Assembly: GCF_009914755.1 (NCBI RefSeq)
Contig: NC_060934.1
Strand: one strand, 5' to 3'
From: the human T2T-CHM13v2.0 reference genome, Homo sapiens
Length of the DNA stretch: 64,000 nucleotides
In this document: positions 14,351 through 28,675 of the stretch, in pieces
Layout: every line of letters begins with the position of its first letter
How positions within the stretch are numbered: position 1 is the stretch's first letter
Translations under genes and position numbers: made by a program
The notes under the pieces: generated by a model
The model's database searches: none
What the model was told of the DNA's origin: nothing
What the model saw: the letters and a program-made list of their open reading frames with translations, nothing else

Positions 14351-14869
14351 TGGCATATAAGAGCAAAGGTAAGTTGAAAAAAATGGTCACAAAGCACATT
14401 TTTAAAAAGTTATCAAGCCAGAGACTTGTAAATATATACATTTTATTGTTTTTCTTCGAACCTTTAAAATAGGCAGATAAAAAAGTAGTATGTGAAAACA
14501 ATTGCACTCACAATTTACAACTTAAGTTTGAAATATTCCTAATATAGAAAGTCATACATATACTATGATTATATTGTTACCTTTTAATCATGGGCATTCA
14601 TTTTTAAACAGAATGTGAATTCATTCCTATATATTTGTGCCTGTGTTTTCTGAATTTCCATATCTTTACACTGAAGTTTGAGACAATTGCTAGTTGATAT
14701 TAAGTGTAGCAGACATTACTCTGGACCGGCCATATGGAAGTAATCCCAATGATGAGTTGTAACTGACAATCTGAGGTGAAATTTTCCAGGGAATAATTTT
14801 TAAAACTGAGGTTTGAAAATTTTCACCTACAAAAAGAGGCTATTTAGTAAGCTAAAATTGATGCTATTA

Positions 14870-15057
14870 CAGGCATATCTGGAGATATTGCAAGTTCAGT
14901 TACAGAATACCTCAATAAAGTGAATATCACAATAAACAGAGTCACACAATGTTTTTTGCTTCTCATGGCATATAAAAGTTATATTTACACTATACAGTAG
15001 CCTATTAGGTGTGCAATACTATTATGTCTAAAATACAATGTACATACTTTAAAAATA
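14870..15057 (-). mobile_element. Tigger1 DNA transposon, 3' terminal part (split by L1PB)
   Basis: TA plus TIR caggcatatctggagatattgc...; the sequence resumes at ~24856. Confidence 0.88.
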
Positions 15058-15693
15058 TGAAAGAGGTTCAAGAAGGCCGAGTAGATGTAGCTGGAATGTG
15101 CATCTTCCATGGACAGGAACCAAAATATCGAGTAAACCTTCACATTCTAACAGATCTTTTGTGAGAGAACACCTAAATTCAATAGAAAGGTGATGGAAGG
15201 CACCGTGGTTCAGGAGGGAGAAAGCAGAACTGCCTGCCAGGCCTTGCTGAGCACCAGGACCACCGCTCCGATCTGGATCTGGACCTGGACCCAAGTATGG
15301 GATGAATGAAAGAACCCTGAGGATCCACATTTCCACCATGGACCTCTGAGGTTCTCCTACCTGTAAGAGCTCCCACAACCCCTGGGGACCTTTGAACTGT
15401 CAGGGGGAGGTGCCTGGAGACCATGCAGAGGCATTGCTCGAATAGGAACACATGGAGCCCAAAAGGTGAATCAAATGTGATTCTGGGTACACACCCAAAC
15501 GCTCTTCATCCTGCCCTAAGAGGCTTTAGCTCCTGCTCTCTGCCATGCTGGGAAAGAGTAGTGATAAAGGAGTTAAAAAGAAATTATTTAGGCAGTTAGT
15601 GAGGTTATGGGAGTCCTCAATATGGTTTTACTTTTAATTAAGAAGCAGCCCCCATATCATTTCTTTCTAACAAAAAGCAGACTGAAAAATCAA

Positions 15694-16040
<347 letters not shown>

Positions 16041-16413
16041 CTAAAAGCTTGCATTAGTAAATGCCTGTAGCTGTGCCAATAGTAAAGAGATAACTGGAAG
16101 CCACGTATATTCAACATGGAGGTTTTCTCTTCCCCTTTCTTTGTCGCCACGTGTGCAGGGGTCATGGTGCCAGCCAGATAGAGACCCCCATCTGCATAAT
16201 AAAACATTAGAGTGGGATAGCCAGCTTCTTCCTGGTTTTGTAAATGGCACACCTGGTCCAACCAATCCTCTGGGCCTTATGTAAATAAGACACCTCCTCT
16301 ATAAAACTAACTGTATCCTGATGCAAATGGGGAGAGCTAATCAGAACCCCCCTCCCTCTGCACAGGGGAGCTTTTCTCGCTTTTTCTCTTCTTTCACCTA
16401 TTAAACTCTCCAC

Positions 16414-16703
16414 TTTTTTTTTTTTTGGAGTTTCATTCTTATTGCCCAGGCTGGATTGAAATGCCGTGGTCTTGGCTCACTGCAACCTCTGCTTCCTGGG
16501 TTCAAGCAACTCTCCTGCCTTAGCCTCCTGCGTAGCTGCGAGTACAGGCGTGCTGCTACGCCTGGCTAATTCTTTTTGTATTTTTAGTAAAGATGGGGTT
16601 TCACCATGTTGGCCAGGCTGGTCTGGAAGTCCTGACCTCGAGATCCGCCTGCCTCAGCCTCCTAAAGTGCCGGGATTACAGGCCTGAGCCACCTCACCCG
16701 GCC
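16414..16703 (-). mobile_element. AluS (Sg7-like), full length
   Basis: Antisense dimer; TSD aactctccact/aacactccact. Confidence 0.93.
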
Positions 16704-17382
16704 CGAACACTCCACTCTTACATCCGCTCCTGGTGTGTCCCTGTCTTCGATTTCCTTAGCACGAGGCAACAAACCTCAGGTTTTTTCCCTGGACAAATGA
16801 CACTTTTTCAGAAGAGCCTGGGCACACTCACACACCCAAAGACACGCCCCAACACTATTGCCACAGGAAAAAGGTGCACCTGAGCCACATGCCTGCCTGT
16901 CCCCCCCAAGACTGCCTGCCTGGTGTCCTGCAGGAGATGATTCACAGCATAGCCTCTATTGCCCTACCTGAGTGTTTTGTTCTCAGGGTTGGAGCAATTT
17001 ACCACTGTACCACAGGCAGTGCTTGGCACCAAAGGGCCAAAGGACAAATCCACTGGCCTGATTCCAGGTCCACAGGAGTTGAACACGTCACCCAGGTATA
17101 TGGAGATAAAATTTGTGGCCTGATCTTGATCTGGGGAGGAGCCAGCAGTGACAGAATACAGAGAAATGTGTGATGCAGATTCTGGGGGATGTGGTGCAGG
17201 AGCTGGTGCCCCTTTGAGAGGCTGGACCAGGAAGAATGTGGCATAATAGCTGCTTTCTGCCCCAGGGATTATCACAGCCTGGAATGTGTGGAATAGCTTA
17301 GCAATCTGGGCACAGGTGGCTTGGGACTAGTTTTGCTGGTTGGGCTTGCTGCCAGGCCCAGACACCAGAGAGAGGCCTGCCA

Positions 17383-18396
17383 TGTTGTGGGAAGTCAGAA
17401 ACCCTGAACGGAGGGACCAGCTGGAGCCATGGCAGAGGAAACATAAATTGTGAGGATTTCATGGACATTTACCACTTCCCTAATAATACTCTTATAATTT
17501 CTTATGCTTGTCTTACTTTAATCTCTTAATCCTGTTATCTTCTTAAGTTGAGAATGTACGTCACCTCAGGACCCTGTGATGTTTGTGTTAACTGTACAAA
17601 TTGATTGTAAAACATGTGTGTGTGAACAATATGAAATCAGTGAACCTTGAAAATGAACAAAATAACAGCGATTTTAGGGAACAAGGGAAGACAACCATAA
17701 GGTCTGAGTGCCTGCGGGGTCGGGCAAAAAGAACCATATTTTTCTTCTGGCAGAGAGCTTATAAGCAGACGTGCAAGTAGGAGAGATATCGCTAAATTCC
17801 TTTCCTAACAAGGAATATAATATTAAGACCCTAGGAAAAGCATTGCATTCCTGGGGAGAGGTCTATAAACAGCCGCTCTGGGAGTGTCTGCCCTATGCAG
17901 TTAAGATAAGGACTGAGATACGCCCTGGTCTCCTGCAGTACCCTCAGGCTTACTAGGATTGGGAAACCCAGCCCTGGTAAATTTGAGGTCAGACTGGTTC
18001 TCTGCTCTTGAACCCTGTTTTCTGTTAAGATGTTTATCAAGACAATACGTGCACGGTTGAACATAGACCCTTATCAGGAGTTTCTGATTTTGCCCTGGTC
18101 CTGTTTCCTCAGAAGCATGTGATCTTTGTTCTCCTTTTTGCCCCTTGAAGCATGTGATCTTTGTGACTTACTCCCTATTCGTACACCCCCTCCCCTTTTG
18201 AAATCCCTAATAAAAACTTGCTGGTTTTGTGGCTCAGGTGGGCATCACAGACCTACCGATATGTGATGTCACCCCTGGCAGCCCAGCTGTAAAATTCCTC
18301 TCTTTGTACTCTTTCTCTTTATTTCTCAGACCAGCCAACACTTAGGGAAAATAGAAAGAACCTATGTTGAAATATTGGGGGTGGGTTCCCCCGATA
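17383..18396 (+). mobile_element. MER11 (HERV-K11/HML-8) solo LTR
   Basis: tgttgtgggaagtcag...gggtgggttcccccgata; ~1 kb; AATAAA ~18209; perfect 6-bp TSD CTGCCA at 17377-17382 and 18397-18402. Confidence 0.93.
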
Positions 18397-18943
18397 CTGC
18401 CAGATCTAGGTTGTGGAAGCTGGGTGGGTCCCAAGGACACCTGCTGGGCTGAAAACCCCAAGCCACCCCTCTTCTCCTAAGAGGCATCTGTGGCTCAAGA
18501 GTGATGCCTCGTGCCCCTCCTGGTTGGTTGTCTCTATGGCCTGAGAGTGGCCCCTAAATCCAAGAGAGTATCAGCACTTGCATCAGCTGTCCAGATGCAA
18601 CCCTGCCCAGCTTTGCCACCTTGGCAGCAGAGCACAGGATGAGATCACTGGAAGCCTAATCCCCTGCCCTTCACCAGAGACACCCCAGTATTTTCCTTGA
18701 ACAACAAAGGCCAAGTAAAATTTCCACTGCCATCACAGCAACTATTACCCACAACTGCCACCTACTGTCACATAGCATAAACTGCAATATAATTCCTGCT
18801 GACAGAAGTGCACAGTGGTGGAAAATGAGCTAAGCCTCCCAAGACTCGACTTCCCCATCTCCCTAGGAGACAATGAGTCTGATCACAGGCACAGCACACC
18901 AATATAATAATCTACAAAAAACTAAACAATGCTAACTGTACTA

Positions 18944-19207
18944 ATGAGTACACCAGTCCTACAAGAAATCCTCCAGGAAGTTCTAAATGTGGAGATGAAA
19001 AGGTGATACACTCTATTATAAAAGTACATGTAATTAGAGAACTCACAAATCTTATAAAGCATTTAGACAATTAAGAATCCAAGGCAACTTACTAACAATA
19101 CTATGGCAGTAAAGAAAACTCACATATTCGTATAAACCTTGAATGTTGATGCCCTAAATTCCTCACAAAAAATATATAGTCAAATTGGATTAAAAAAAAC
19201 ATGACCC
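18944..19207 (+). repeat. Ectopic direct copy of 20333-20600 (L1 ORF1 end, inter-ORF spacer, ORF2 start)
   Basis: Manual alignment gives ~15 substitutions and one 4-bp indel over 264 bp. Confidence 0.95.
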
Positions 19208-19609
19208 GGAAAAACATGATCAGGAAATTCATACACCTAAAAGCCCAAAGCCCCCTAAAAGCACAAAGAAAAGCCAAAGGACCCTACTCAACACACACAA
19301 TAGTCACATCCTCAAGGGGGAAAAATTCTACCCAAATGAAAAGTAAATTCAGAAATAAGAAGTAGCAGCATCTCTAAATAAGAAGAAACCAGCACAAAAA
19401 AAAACCATCATCAGAAAGACACAGAATATTATGACACCCCCAAAGTACCACACTAGCACTGTGGCAATGGATCCTAACTAAAATGAAAACTTTGAAATGA
19501 CAGATAAAGACTTCAAAATATCAATTGCAAGGAAGTTCAATGAACTCCAAGAATAAGTTGGAAAACCAACACAAGGAAACCAAAAAGAAAAAACAGTTTA
19601 GAAGATGAA

Positions 19610-19613
<4 letters not shown>

Positions 19614-19660
<47 letters not shown>
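19614..19660. repeat. (TA)n microsatellite
   Basis: Uninterrupted TA run of ~47 bp. Confidence 0.97.
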
Positions 19661-19663
<3 letters not shown>

Positions 19664-22600
19664 ACAAGAAAAACAGAGCTTTGAGAAATTAGAAATACAC
19701 TGAAGGAATTTCAAAGCACAGTTGTAAGCATTAAAAACATAAAAACAGACAAAGACAAGCAGAAGACAAAAAATGAAGCTTAAGGACAAGTCTTTTTAAT
19801 TATCCCAGCCAGAAAAAAAATAAAGAAAAAAGAATTTTTAAAAATGAATAAGGTCTTCAAGAAACATGGGATTATGCAAAGTGACCAAAGATACAACTTA
19901 TAGGCATTCCTCAGGGAAAAAAAGAAAAAGAAGTTTGGAAAATATATTTGAAAGAATAATTCAGGAAAATTTCCCTAATCTTGCTAATATGTAGATATTA
20001 TATACAAAAATGTAGAGACACCTGGCAGATATTATACAGGGCAAACATCACTAAGGCCTGTAGTCATCAGACTATCCAAGGCCCAGGTGAAAGAACAAAT
20101 CTTAAAAGCAGCTAGAGAGAAGTGTCATGTCACCTATAAAGGAAATTCCATCAGATTAATAGCAGACTTCTCAGCAGAAACCATACAAGCCAGAAGAGAC
20201 TGGGGATCTAACTTTAACCTTCTTAAAGAAAAATAATGACAACGAAAAATTGTATATCCTGCCAAACTAAGCTTCATAAATAAAGGAGAAAGAAAGTATT
20301 TCCAAGAGAAGCAGACACTGAGATAATTCATTATGGGTACACCAGTTCTACAAGAAATCCTCAAGGAAGTTCTAAACATGGAGATGAAAAGATGATACAC
20401 TCTGTTATAAAAGTACATGTAATTAGAGAACTCACAAATTTTATAAAGCAATTAGACAATTGAGAATCCAAGGCAAGTAACTAACAATACTATGGCAGTA
20501 AAGAAAACTCACATATTAGTATAAACCTTGAATGTTGATGCCCTAAATTCTTCACATAAAATATATAGATTGTCAAATTGGATTAAAAAAAACATGACCC
20601 AACCATCTGTTATCTAAAAAAGACCCACTCCACTTAAAACATCTGTAGGCGCAAATTAAAGTGATAGTAAAGATATATCACATACATGGAAAACAAAAGC
20701 AAGCAGGAAAAGCCATTCTTAAATCAGACAAAACAGACTTTAAGCCAACAACAGTTTAAAAAAAAAGAAAAAGAAGGGCATTACATAATGATAAAGAAAT
20801 CAGTACAACAAGATTCAACTATCTTAAATATATATATGCACACAACACTGCAGTATTTAGATTTCTAAAACTAATACTACAAGACCTAAGAAAAGAGATT
20901 GGCAGCAACACAATAACAGTGGAGGACATCAACACCCCACTGACAACACAAGACAGGTTATCAAGACAGAAGGTCAACAAAGAAACTCTGGAATTAAATT
21001 GGACTCTAGACCAAACAGCCAAGGAGTATACATTTTTCTCATTGTGCTTGGAATATTCTCCAAAATTGATCATATGCTTGTCCATAAAGTAAGTCTCAAT
21101 ATATCAAAAAAGTAGATAATATCAAGTATCTTTTAGAACCATAGAGGAATAAAATTAGAAATCAATACCAAGGGGACTCTTAAAACTACACAAGTATATG
21201 GACACTAAACAACTTGCTTCTGAATGACTTTTGGATAAACAACAAAATTAAGGCAGAAATCAAAAAAAAGTTTTGAAATAAATGAAAACAGACACATGAC
21301 ATACCAAAACCTCTTGAATACAGCAAAAGTAGTGCTAAGATAAATTTCCACATCAAAAACAGAAAGATTTCAAATTTACAACCTAGCTTTGCACCTCAAC
21401 AAACTAGAAAAGCAAGAACAAACAAAACCCAAAGCTAACCAAAGAAAAGAAATAACAGAAATCAGAGCAGAACTAAATGAGATTGGGACCAAAAAATAAT
21501 ACAAAAGATCAACAAAATACAAATTTGTTACTTTGAAAAAATAAATAGAACTGATAGAATGCTGGCTAGTTTAGCCAAAAAACAAGAGAGAAGATACAAA
21601 TCAGCACAATCAGAAATTATAAAGGTGATATTACAACTGATAACACAGAAATATAAAAGGTAATCAGAGGTTACTATGAATATCTCTATGTGCAGAAACC
21701 AGAAAGTCTGGAATAAATGGGCAAATTTATGCAAAAATATAACCTCCCTAGACTTAACCAGGAAGAAATAGAAATCTTGAATAGATCAATAATGAGTAAT
21801 GAAATTGAACCGATCATAGAAAATCTTCCAGCAAAAAAAGTCCACAGCAGACAGATTCAAAGCCACATTTTACCAGATGTACAAAGGAGAGCTAGTACCA
21901 ATCTTACTGAAACTATTCCAAAAACTGAGGAGGAGGGATTCATCCATTACTCATTCTACAAAACCAGTTTCACTCTGATAACTAATATCATTCAAGGACA
22001 CAATAGCAACAACAGAAAAATTACTGGCCAATGTTCTTAGTGAACATAGATGCAAAAATCTTCAACAAAATACTAGTAAACAGGATTCAACAGCACATCA
22101 AAAAGGTAATTCATCATAATCAGGTGGGTTTTATTTCAAGAATGCAAGGATGGTTCAGCATTTACAAATCAGTAAGTGTGATTCACCATGTAAATAGAAT
22201 TAAAAACAAAATCATATTATTATCTGAATGGGCACAGAAAAAGCATTTGGTAAAATCCAACATTTCTTCATAATAAAAACCCTCAACAAACTAGATATTG
22301 AAGAAACATACCTCAAAATAGTAAGAGCCATCTATGACAAACCCACAGCCAACATCATGCTGAAGGGTTAACAGTTCAAGGCATTCATTCCCCTTAAGAA
22401 TTGGAACAAGACAAGGATGTTCACTATGATCACTCCTATTCAACACAGTACTGGAAGTCCTAGAAAGAGCAATCAGACAAGAAAAAAAAATTAAAAAAAT
22501 ATCCAAATTGGAAAAGAGAAAGTCAAATTATTTCTATTTTCTGGTGACATAATCTTATATTTAAAAAACCCTAAAGACTTATCCAAAAGACTCCTCCACT

Positions 22601-23818
22601 TGAAAAACAACTTTAATAAAGTTTCAAGATGCAAAATCAACATAAAAAATTAGTAGCATTTCTGTACATCTGTAGTGTTTAAACTGAAATTCAAATCAAG
22701 AACTCAATCCCCTTTACAATAGCCATACAAAAATTAATTACCTAGGTAGGAATAAATTTAACCAAAGAACTGAAATATCTATAAAAGAAGGACCATGAAA
22801 CACTGATGAAAAAAAATCATAGATGACACAAAAAGTAAAAAATCATCCCATGCTTATGGTTTGAAAGAATCAATATACTCAAAATGACCATACTGCCCAA
22901 AGCAACCTACAGATTAAATGCAATTTCTAACTAATTACCAACATCATTCTTTACAGAATTAGAAAAACAACCCTAAAGTTTATGTGAAACCAAGAAAAAA
23001 TTCCTGAATAAGCAAAGCAATCCTAAGCAAAAGATCAGAGCCAGAGACATTACACTACCTGACTTCAAATTATACTACAAGGTTGTATTAACTAAAACAG
23101 CATAGTGCTAGTACAAAAATAGACACATAGATCAATGGAACAGAACACTTAACTCAAAAATAAAGCAACATATCTACAACCAAATGATCTTCAACAAAGT
23201 CAACAAAAGTAATGAGTAGGGATAGGGCACCCTATTCAATAAATGATGCTGGGAAAACAAGATAGACCATATGCAGAAGAACAAAACTGGACCCCTACTT
23301 CTCCATATATACAACACTCAACTCAACATGAGTTAAAGACTTAAATAAAAGACTTCAAACTATAAAAGTCCTAGAAGAAAATCTAGAAAAAACACTTCTG
23401 GATATTGGCCTAGGCAAATAATTTATGACTAAGACCCCAAGGGTAAGTGCAACAAAAATAATAATAGACAAATGAGAATTAATTATACTAAAAAGCTTCT
23501 GCAAAGCCAAAGAAATAATCAACAGGGTAAATAGACAACCTACAGAATGAGAAAAATATTTGCAAATTATACCTCTGATAAAGGACTAATATTCTGAATC
23601 TATCAGAAAATTAAACAAATCAATAAGAAAAAAAGCATTAAAAGTAGGCAAAAGACATGAAAGCTATTTCTCAAAAGAGGACATATAAGCAGCCAACAAG
23701 CATATGAAAAAGTGTTCAACATCATTAATCATCAGATAAATGTAAATTAAAGCCACAATGAGATATCATCTTACACCAATCCAAATAGCTATTATTAAAT
23801 GTCAAAAAACAACAGATC

Positions 23819-23897
23819 TTGGGATTCCTGAGTCAAATGGTATTTCTATTTTTAGTTTTTTCATAGATCTCTGTATTTTTTGTTTGTTTGTTTGTTT
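23819..23897 (-). repeat. Perfect 79-bp inverted copy of 24256-24334
   Basis: Base-by-base reverse-complement identity. Confidence 0.97.
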
Positions 23898-23957
23898 GTT
23901 GGTTGGCTGAGATGCAAACAAAAGGGAATGCTTATATACATAGAAAAGGGAAGGTTA

Positions 23958-24344
<387 letters not shown>

Positions 24345-24442
24345 CTACTAAAAGGAAAATAAATCATTATATTAAAAAGACTTCTGCACTCATATATTTA
24401 TTGCAGCACTATTCACAATAGCAAAGTCTTGGAATAAACCTA

Positions 24443-24670
<228 letters not shown>

Positions 24671-24855
24671 CTAGCAACTTAAAAGTGAGAGGGTGAGAGG
24701 GAGGTAAGGGTTGAGAATTACCTATTGGGTACAATGTTCACTATTTGGGCGATGGATATACTAGAAGCTCAAACCTCACCATTATGCTGTATATTCATGT
24801 AACAAGCCTACAATGTACCCCCTTAATCTAAATTTTTTAAAAAGAGATAAATAAT

Positions 24856-25801
24856 AAAAATAAATTATTACTAAAAGTGCTAACAGTCATCTGAGTCTTA
24901 AGCAAGTCATAATCTTTTTGCTAATGATAGATCTTGAATCACTGTTGATGACTGCTGGCTGATCAGCAGGGTGGTGGCTGAAGGTTGGGATTGCTATGAT
25001 AACTTTTTTAAAAAAGAAAACAATGCAGTTTGCTGCATTGATTGACTCTTCATTTCACCAAAGATTTATTTCTAGCATGTAATGCTGTTTGACAGCATTT
25101 TATCGGCAGTTAAACTTCTTTCAAAATTGGAGTCAATTATCTCAAATTTTGTTGCCGCTTTATCAACTAAATTTATATAATATTCTAAATCCTTTGTTGT
25201 CATGTCAATGATTTTTACAGCATCTTCACTAGGAGTAGATTCCAACTCAAGAAATTCCTTTTGTTCATTTATAGGAAGCAGCTCCTCATCTGTTCAACTT
25301 GTATCATGAGATTGCAGCAACTCAGTCACATCTTTAGGCTCCACACCTACTTCTTCCTATTTCCACCATATTGGCAGTAAATTTCTCCACTGAAATCTCG
25401 ATCTTCCAAACTCATTCAGGAGGATTGGAATTAACTTCTTTTTAACTTCTACTAGTGTTTATATTTTGATCTCTTCCCACGAATTATGCATGTTCTTAGT
25501 GGCATTTAGAATGATGAATCCTTTCCAGAAGGTTTCAAATTAACTTTGTCTAAATTCATCAGAGGAATCATTATCTATGGCAGCTATAGTCTTACAAAAT
25601 GAATTTCTTAAGTAATAAGACACAAAACTCAAAACTATTCCTTGAATTACCAAAATGTGATAGAGAAACATAAAATGAGCATATACTCTTAGGAAAATTA
25701 CAATAATGGAATGTCTTGATACAAGGTTGATGCAAACCTTCAATTTGTATAAACACAATATTGCAAAGCACAATAACATGCAAAACAATTAGATATGCCT
25801 C
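24856..25801 (-). mobile_element. Tigger1 remainder, internally deleted (~25645), with second TIR
   Basis: ctaacagtcatctgagtc...gctgaaggttggg; 5' part attaccaaaatgtga...aaaccttcaatttgta; ends agatatgcctc+TA, which mirrors caggcatatct at 14870. Confidence 0.88.
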
Positions 25802-26534
25802 TATATCCTTTTATAAAATATCTCAAGATGCTTTTGTGACTTCTTAAAGAAATTTCATAAATTAACAATTTTTTAATGTAATTTGGGACAATGTCAATGC
25901 CACATGTACATAAGTCATTATACAGGGACAGATTCAGAATTACAGGCCATAAAGAATTATGTTTCTTGGGTTCTTAGAACATATAAAACAATATAAACTG
26001 TTGCAAAATCAACAAAATAAGTTGAAATAAATTTTTAAAAATTGATATTCAAAGGAATTTTATTGAACATATGAATATGTGCTACAGGTTCTACTCCTTA
26101 ATACTTATCATGAAGTTAGAAGGGCTAGTCAAAAAGACCAGGATAAAAATATCTTATTTATCAGTTCAAACTAAAAACCAAGCTACTTTATATATCTGTT
26201 GTTTAGTTTTAGATTAACAATAAACTATGATTGCCCATGATCAAGAGAAAAAAACTACAAGATATTCAATCAAAACAATCTTTAGCTTGACCTAAGATAA
26301 AATGCCTGAGTCTGGAATTCAATCCTGTCATATTTGTTGTAAGATTTGGGCAATAACTTGAACTCCTAATAAATTGTTTTATTATGGCATTTCTTTCTCT
26401 CTGCACCTATGAAAAATGTGAGAATACGATGAGAAAATACTTTTGGAAGTGGAAATGTATCACATAATAAGGTGGTAATAAGTTAGTAGCCCTGCCTACC
26501 TCAGTGATTACCCGCCTCTTGTAAGTTATAATAC

Positions 26535-27050
26535 CCACTCTACCCCAGCCTCTGGTTTCAGCCACATGGACTTTTATAACAACCATGTGGTCTTTCAACT
26601 AAGTCATACTGCCCCTTGAGCAGGCTTTTTGCCCAACAGTTTGTTCCTTCACCAGGATATTCTTGACCTTTGTGTGATATGCATGCCTCCTACACTCCTC
26701 TTTGCTTAATTTTGTTCTGCTCATCTTCAGATCTCCACTCAGACACCTTTTCCTCAGAGTAGCTTTCCTCAAACTATAGAACACCTGTTCCTGCTTTCCC
26801 TCTTCCCACTTTGCCAAAAGCTTAATCAAGATCTGTCACAAATCATCATAGTCATCGTGCTTTCCCTTCAAAAAACTTGTCAGAGTTTTAATTTGACAAT
26901 TATTTATAACTATTAAATGGATTTTGATAACTTATATGATCTCTGATAATATTGGTGTTTGTTAATCATGGTATTTCCAGAGCTTAATACAGCAATATGC
27001 ATATATTAAATATTTAATAACTAAAGGTTCAATGAATCACATGAATAAGA
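26535..27050 (+). mobile_element. L2 3' fragment
   Basis: ttcagccacatggacttt...tcatcttcagatctccactcagacac...tail aatgaatcacatgaat. Confidence 0.65.
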
Positions 27051-27414
27051 ATACAGATTTCAACATCTCTTTTTTTAGGTCTTTGCTTAAATATGAGATA
27101 CATCCTTGATCAACTTATTCAAAATTGCATCACATTTACTTCCCACTTTTCTTTCCTTCATCCTTCTTTATTTTTCTGTATAGTATTTATTTTCTGACAT
27201 ACCATGTAACTAATGCTTGTTACAAAGTAGGGATAAAGAATAAATAATTGATTAAACATAATAAAGCTTTGGCTTTTATATTTAAAGACAGGTCAAATAG
27301 TTTGGGCAATACTATTTATTCTTAATGTTTATTAGAGTTGGGCTTACAATTAGTTATTATATCTCTTCGATGCTGGAGTTGCAAGAGGGTCTTCAAGAGG
27401 ATGAAGAAGTAGTG

Positions 27415-27715
27415 AATTTGTATCATTGAGAAGCAGCTATGCATCTGGACTGCAAATACAAAATGCATAAATTCCAATTCTGGCTTCAACACTTAGAAGC
27501 TATAAGCCCTTAACAAGTTATTTAATCTTTTTAAGCCTCAATTTCTTCAACTATAAGGCTGAGAAAGGATCACGATAATAGTTTTTTCTTTTTTTTTTTT
27601 TTGTTTTTTTACCTAATAGGATTGCTAGGAAGATTACAAGAGATAATACATGTAAATGTTTTATACAGTATTTGATATATAGCAAGAACTCAATAAATAT
27701 TACTTTTGCTGTTAC
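27415..27715 (+). mobile_element. MIR SINE
   Basis: caagttatttaatctttttaagcctcaatttcttcaactataa...gataatacatgtaaa...ctcaataaatatta. Confidence 0.75.
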
Positions 27716-28366
27716 CTATGATGATGCTAGAGCAGGAGATCACTTCCAAAAATGTGAGAAAATACAGGCATTGATGCAATTGCTCTGGAGGTCTGATATA
27801 ATCATATTAGTTCATTGCTATAACATAATCCTATCCACACAGGCCATCCCCTGATAATTACTATTGGTATAACTGCAATTAATATATATGCTTTTATACT
27901 GTATGAAAAACGCTTGCTGATATGCTGGGTAGAGTGAGGATACTAAACCATTTACAAGAGTCTTTTCTTCCAAGTAGTTTGTATGAAGAAACATAATCTG
28001 AGACAATAATTAAAATATGACCTGAAATATTAACAAAATAATTGTTATAGAAATCCAGTGGACAGAAAGCTCATCTGCTGTTGTGTTAATTAGGAAATTT
28101 ATATAGAGATGGTTGTCTTTTTACTTGGACGTTGACAAAGGATCAAGGTAAACCTGCAGAGATCAACCTACCACATTATAAAAATTGATGACACTCTTCT
28201 CTTTCAAAAAAGTGAAATATCAGAGAAATTCAGCTTTCCTAGAAAATATGATAAGCAGCCTCATTCACACAAAATTTTAATTTTGCAAGCACTTTTGTTT
28301 GGATATAAGTGCAGCATTCTCATGTAAGTCAAAATTTACTTTTCACAATCTGATACTCAACAATTT

Positions 28367-28675
28367 GTTTCTTCCTTTTTTTTTTTTTTTTTTTTTGAGG
28401 CGTCTCACTCTGTCACCCAGGCTGGAGTGCAGTGGTACAATCTTGGCTCAATGCAACCTCCATCTCCCAGGTTCAGGCAATTCTCCTACCTCAGCCTCCT
28501 GAGTAGCTGGGATTACAGCTGCCTGACACCACGCTTGGCTAATTTTTGTATTTTTAGTAGAGACAGGGTCTCACCATATTGGCCAAGCTGGTCTCAAACT
28601 CCTGGCCTCAAATGATTCACCTGCCTTGGCCTCCCAAAGTGCTAGGATTATAGGAGTGAGCCACCGCACCCAGCC
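28367..28675 (-). mobile_element. AluS (Sz/Sx-like)
   Basis: Antisense dimer; TSD gatactcaacaattt/gacactaaacaattt. Confidence 0.94.

Noticed and set aside
18110-18165. Direct repeat gaagcatgtgatctttgt in MER11
   Set aside because: An intrinsic feature of the MER11 LTR as I recall the consensus.
21717-22273. ORFs resembling reverse-transcriptase-containing protein
   Set aside because: Fragments of the dead L1PB ORF2 with many stops and frameshifts.
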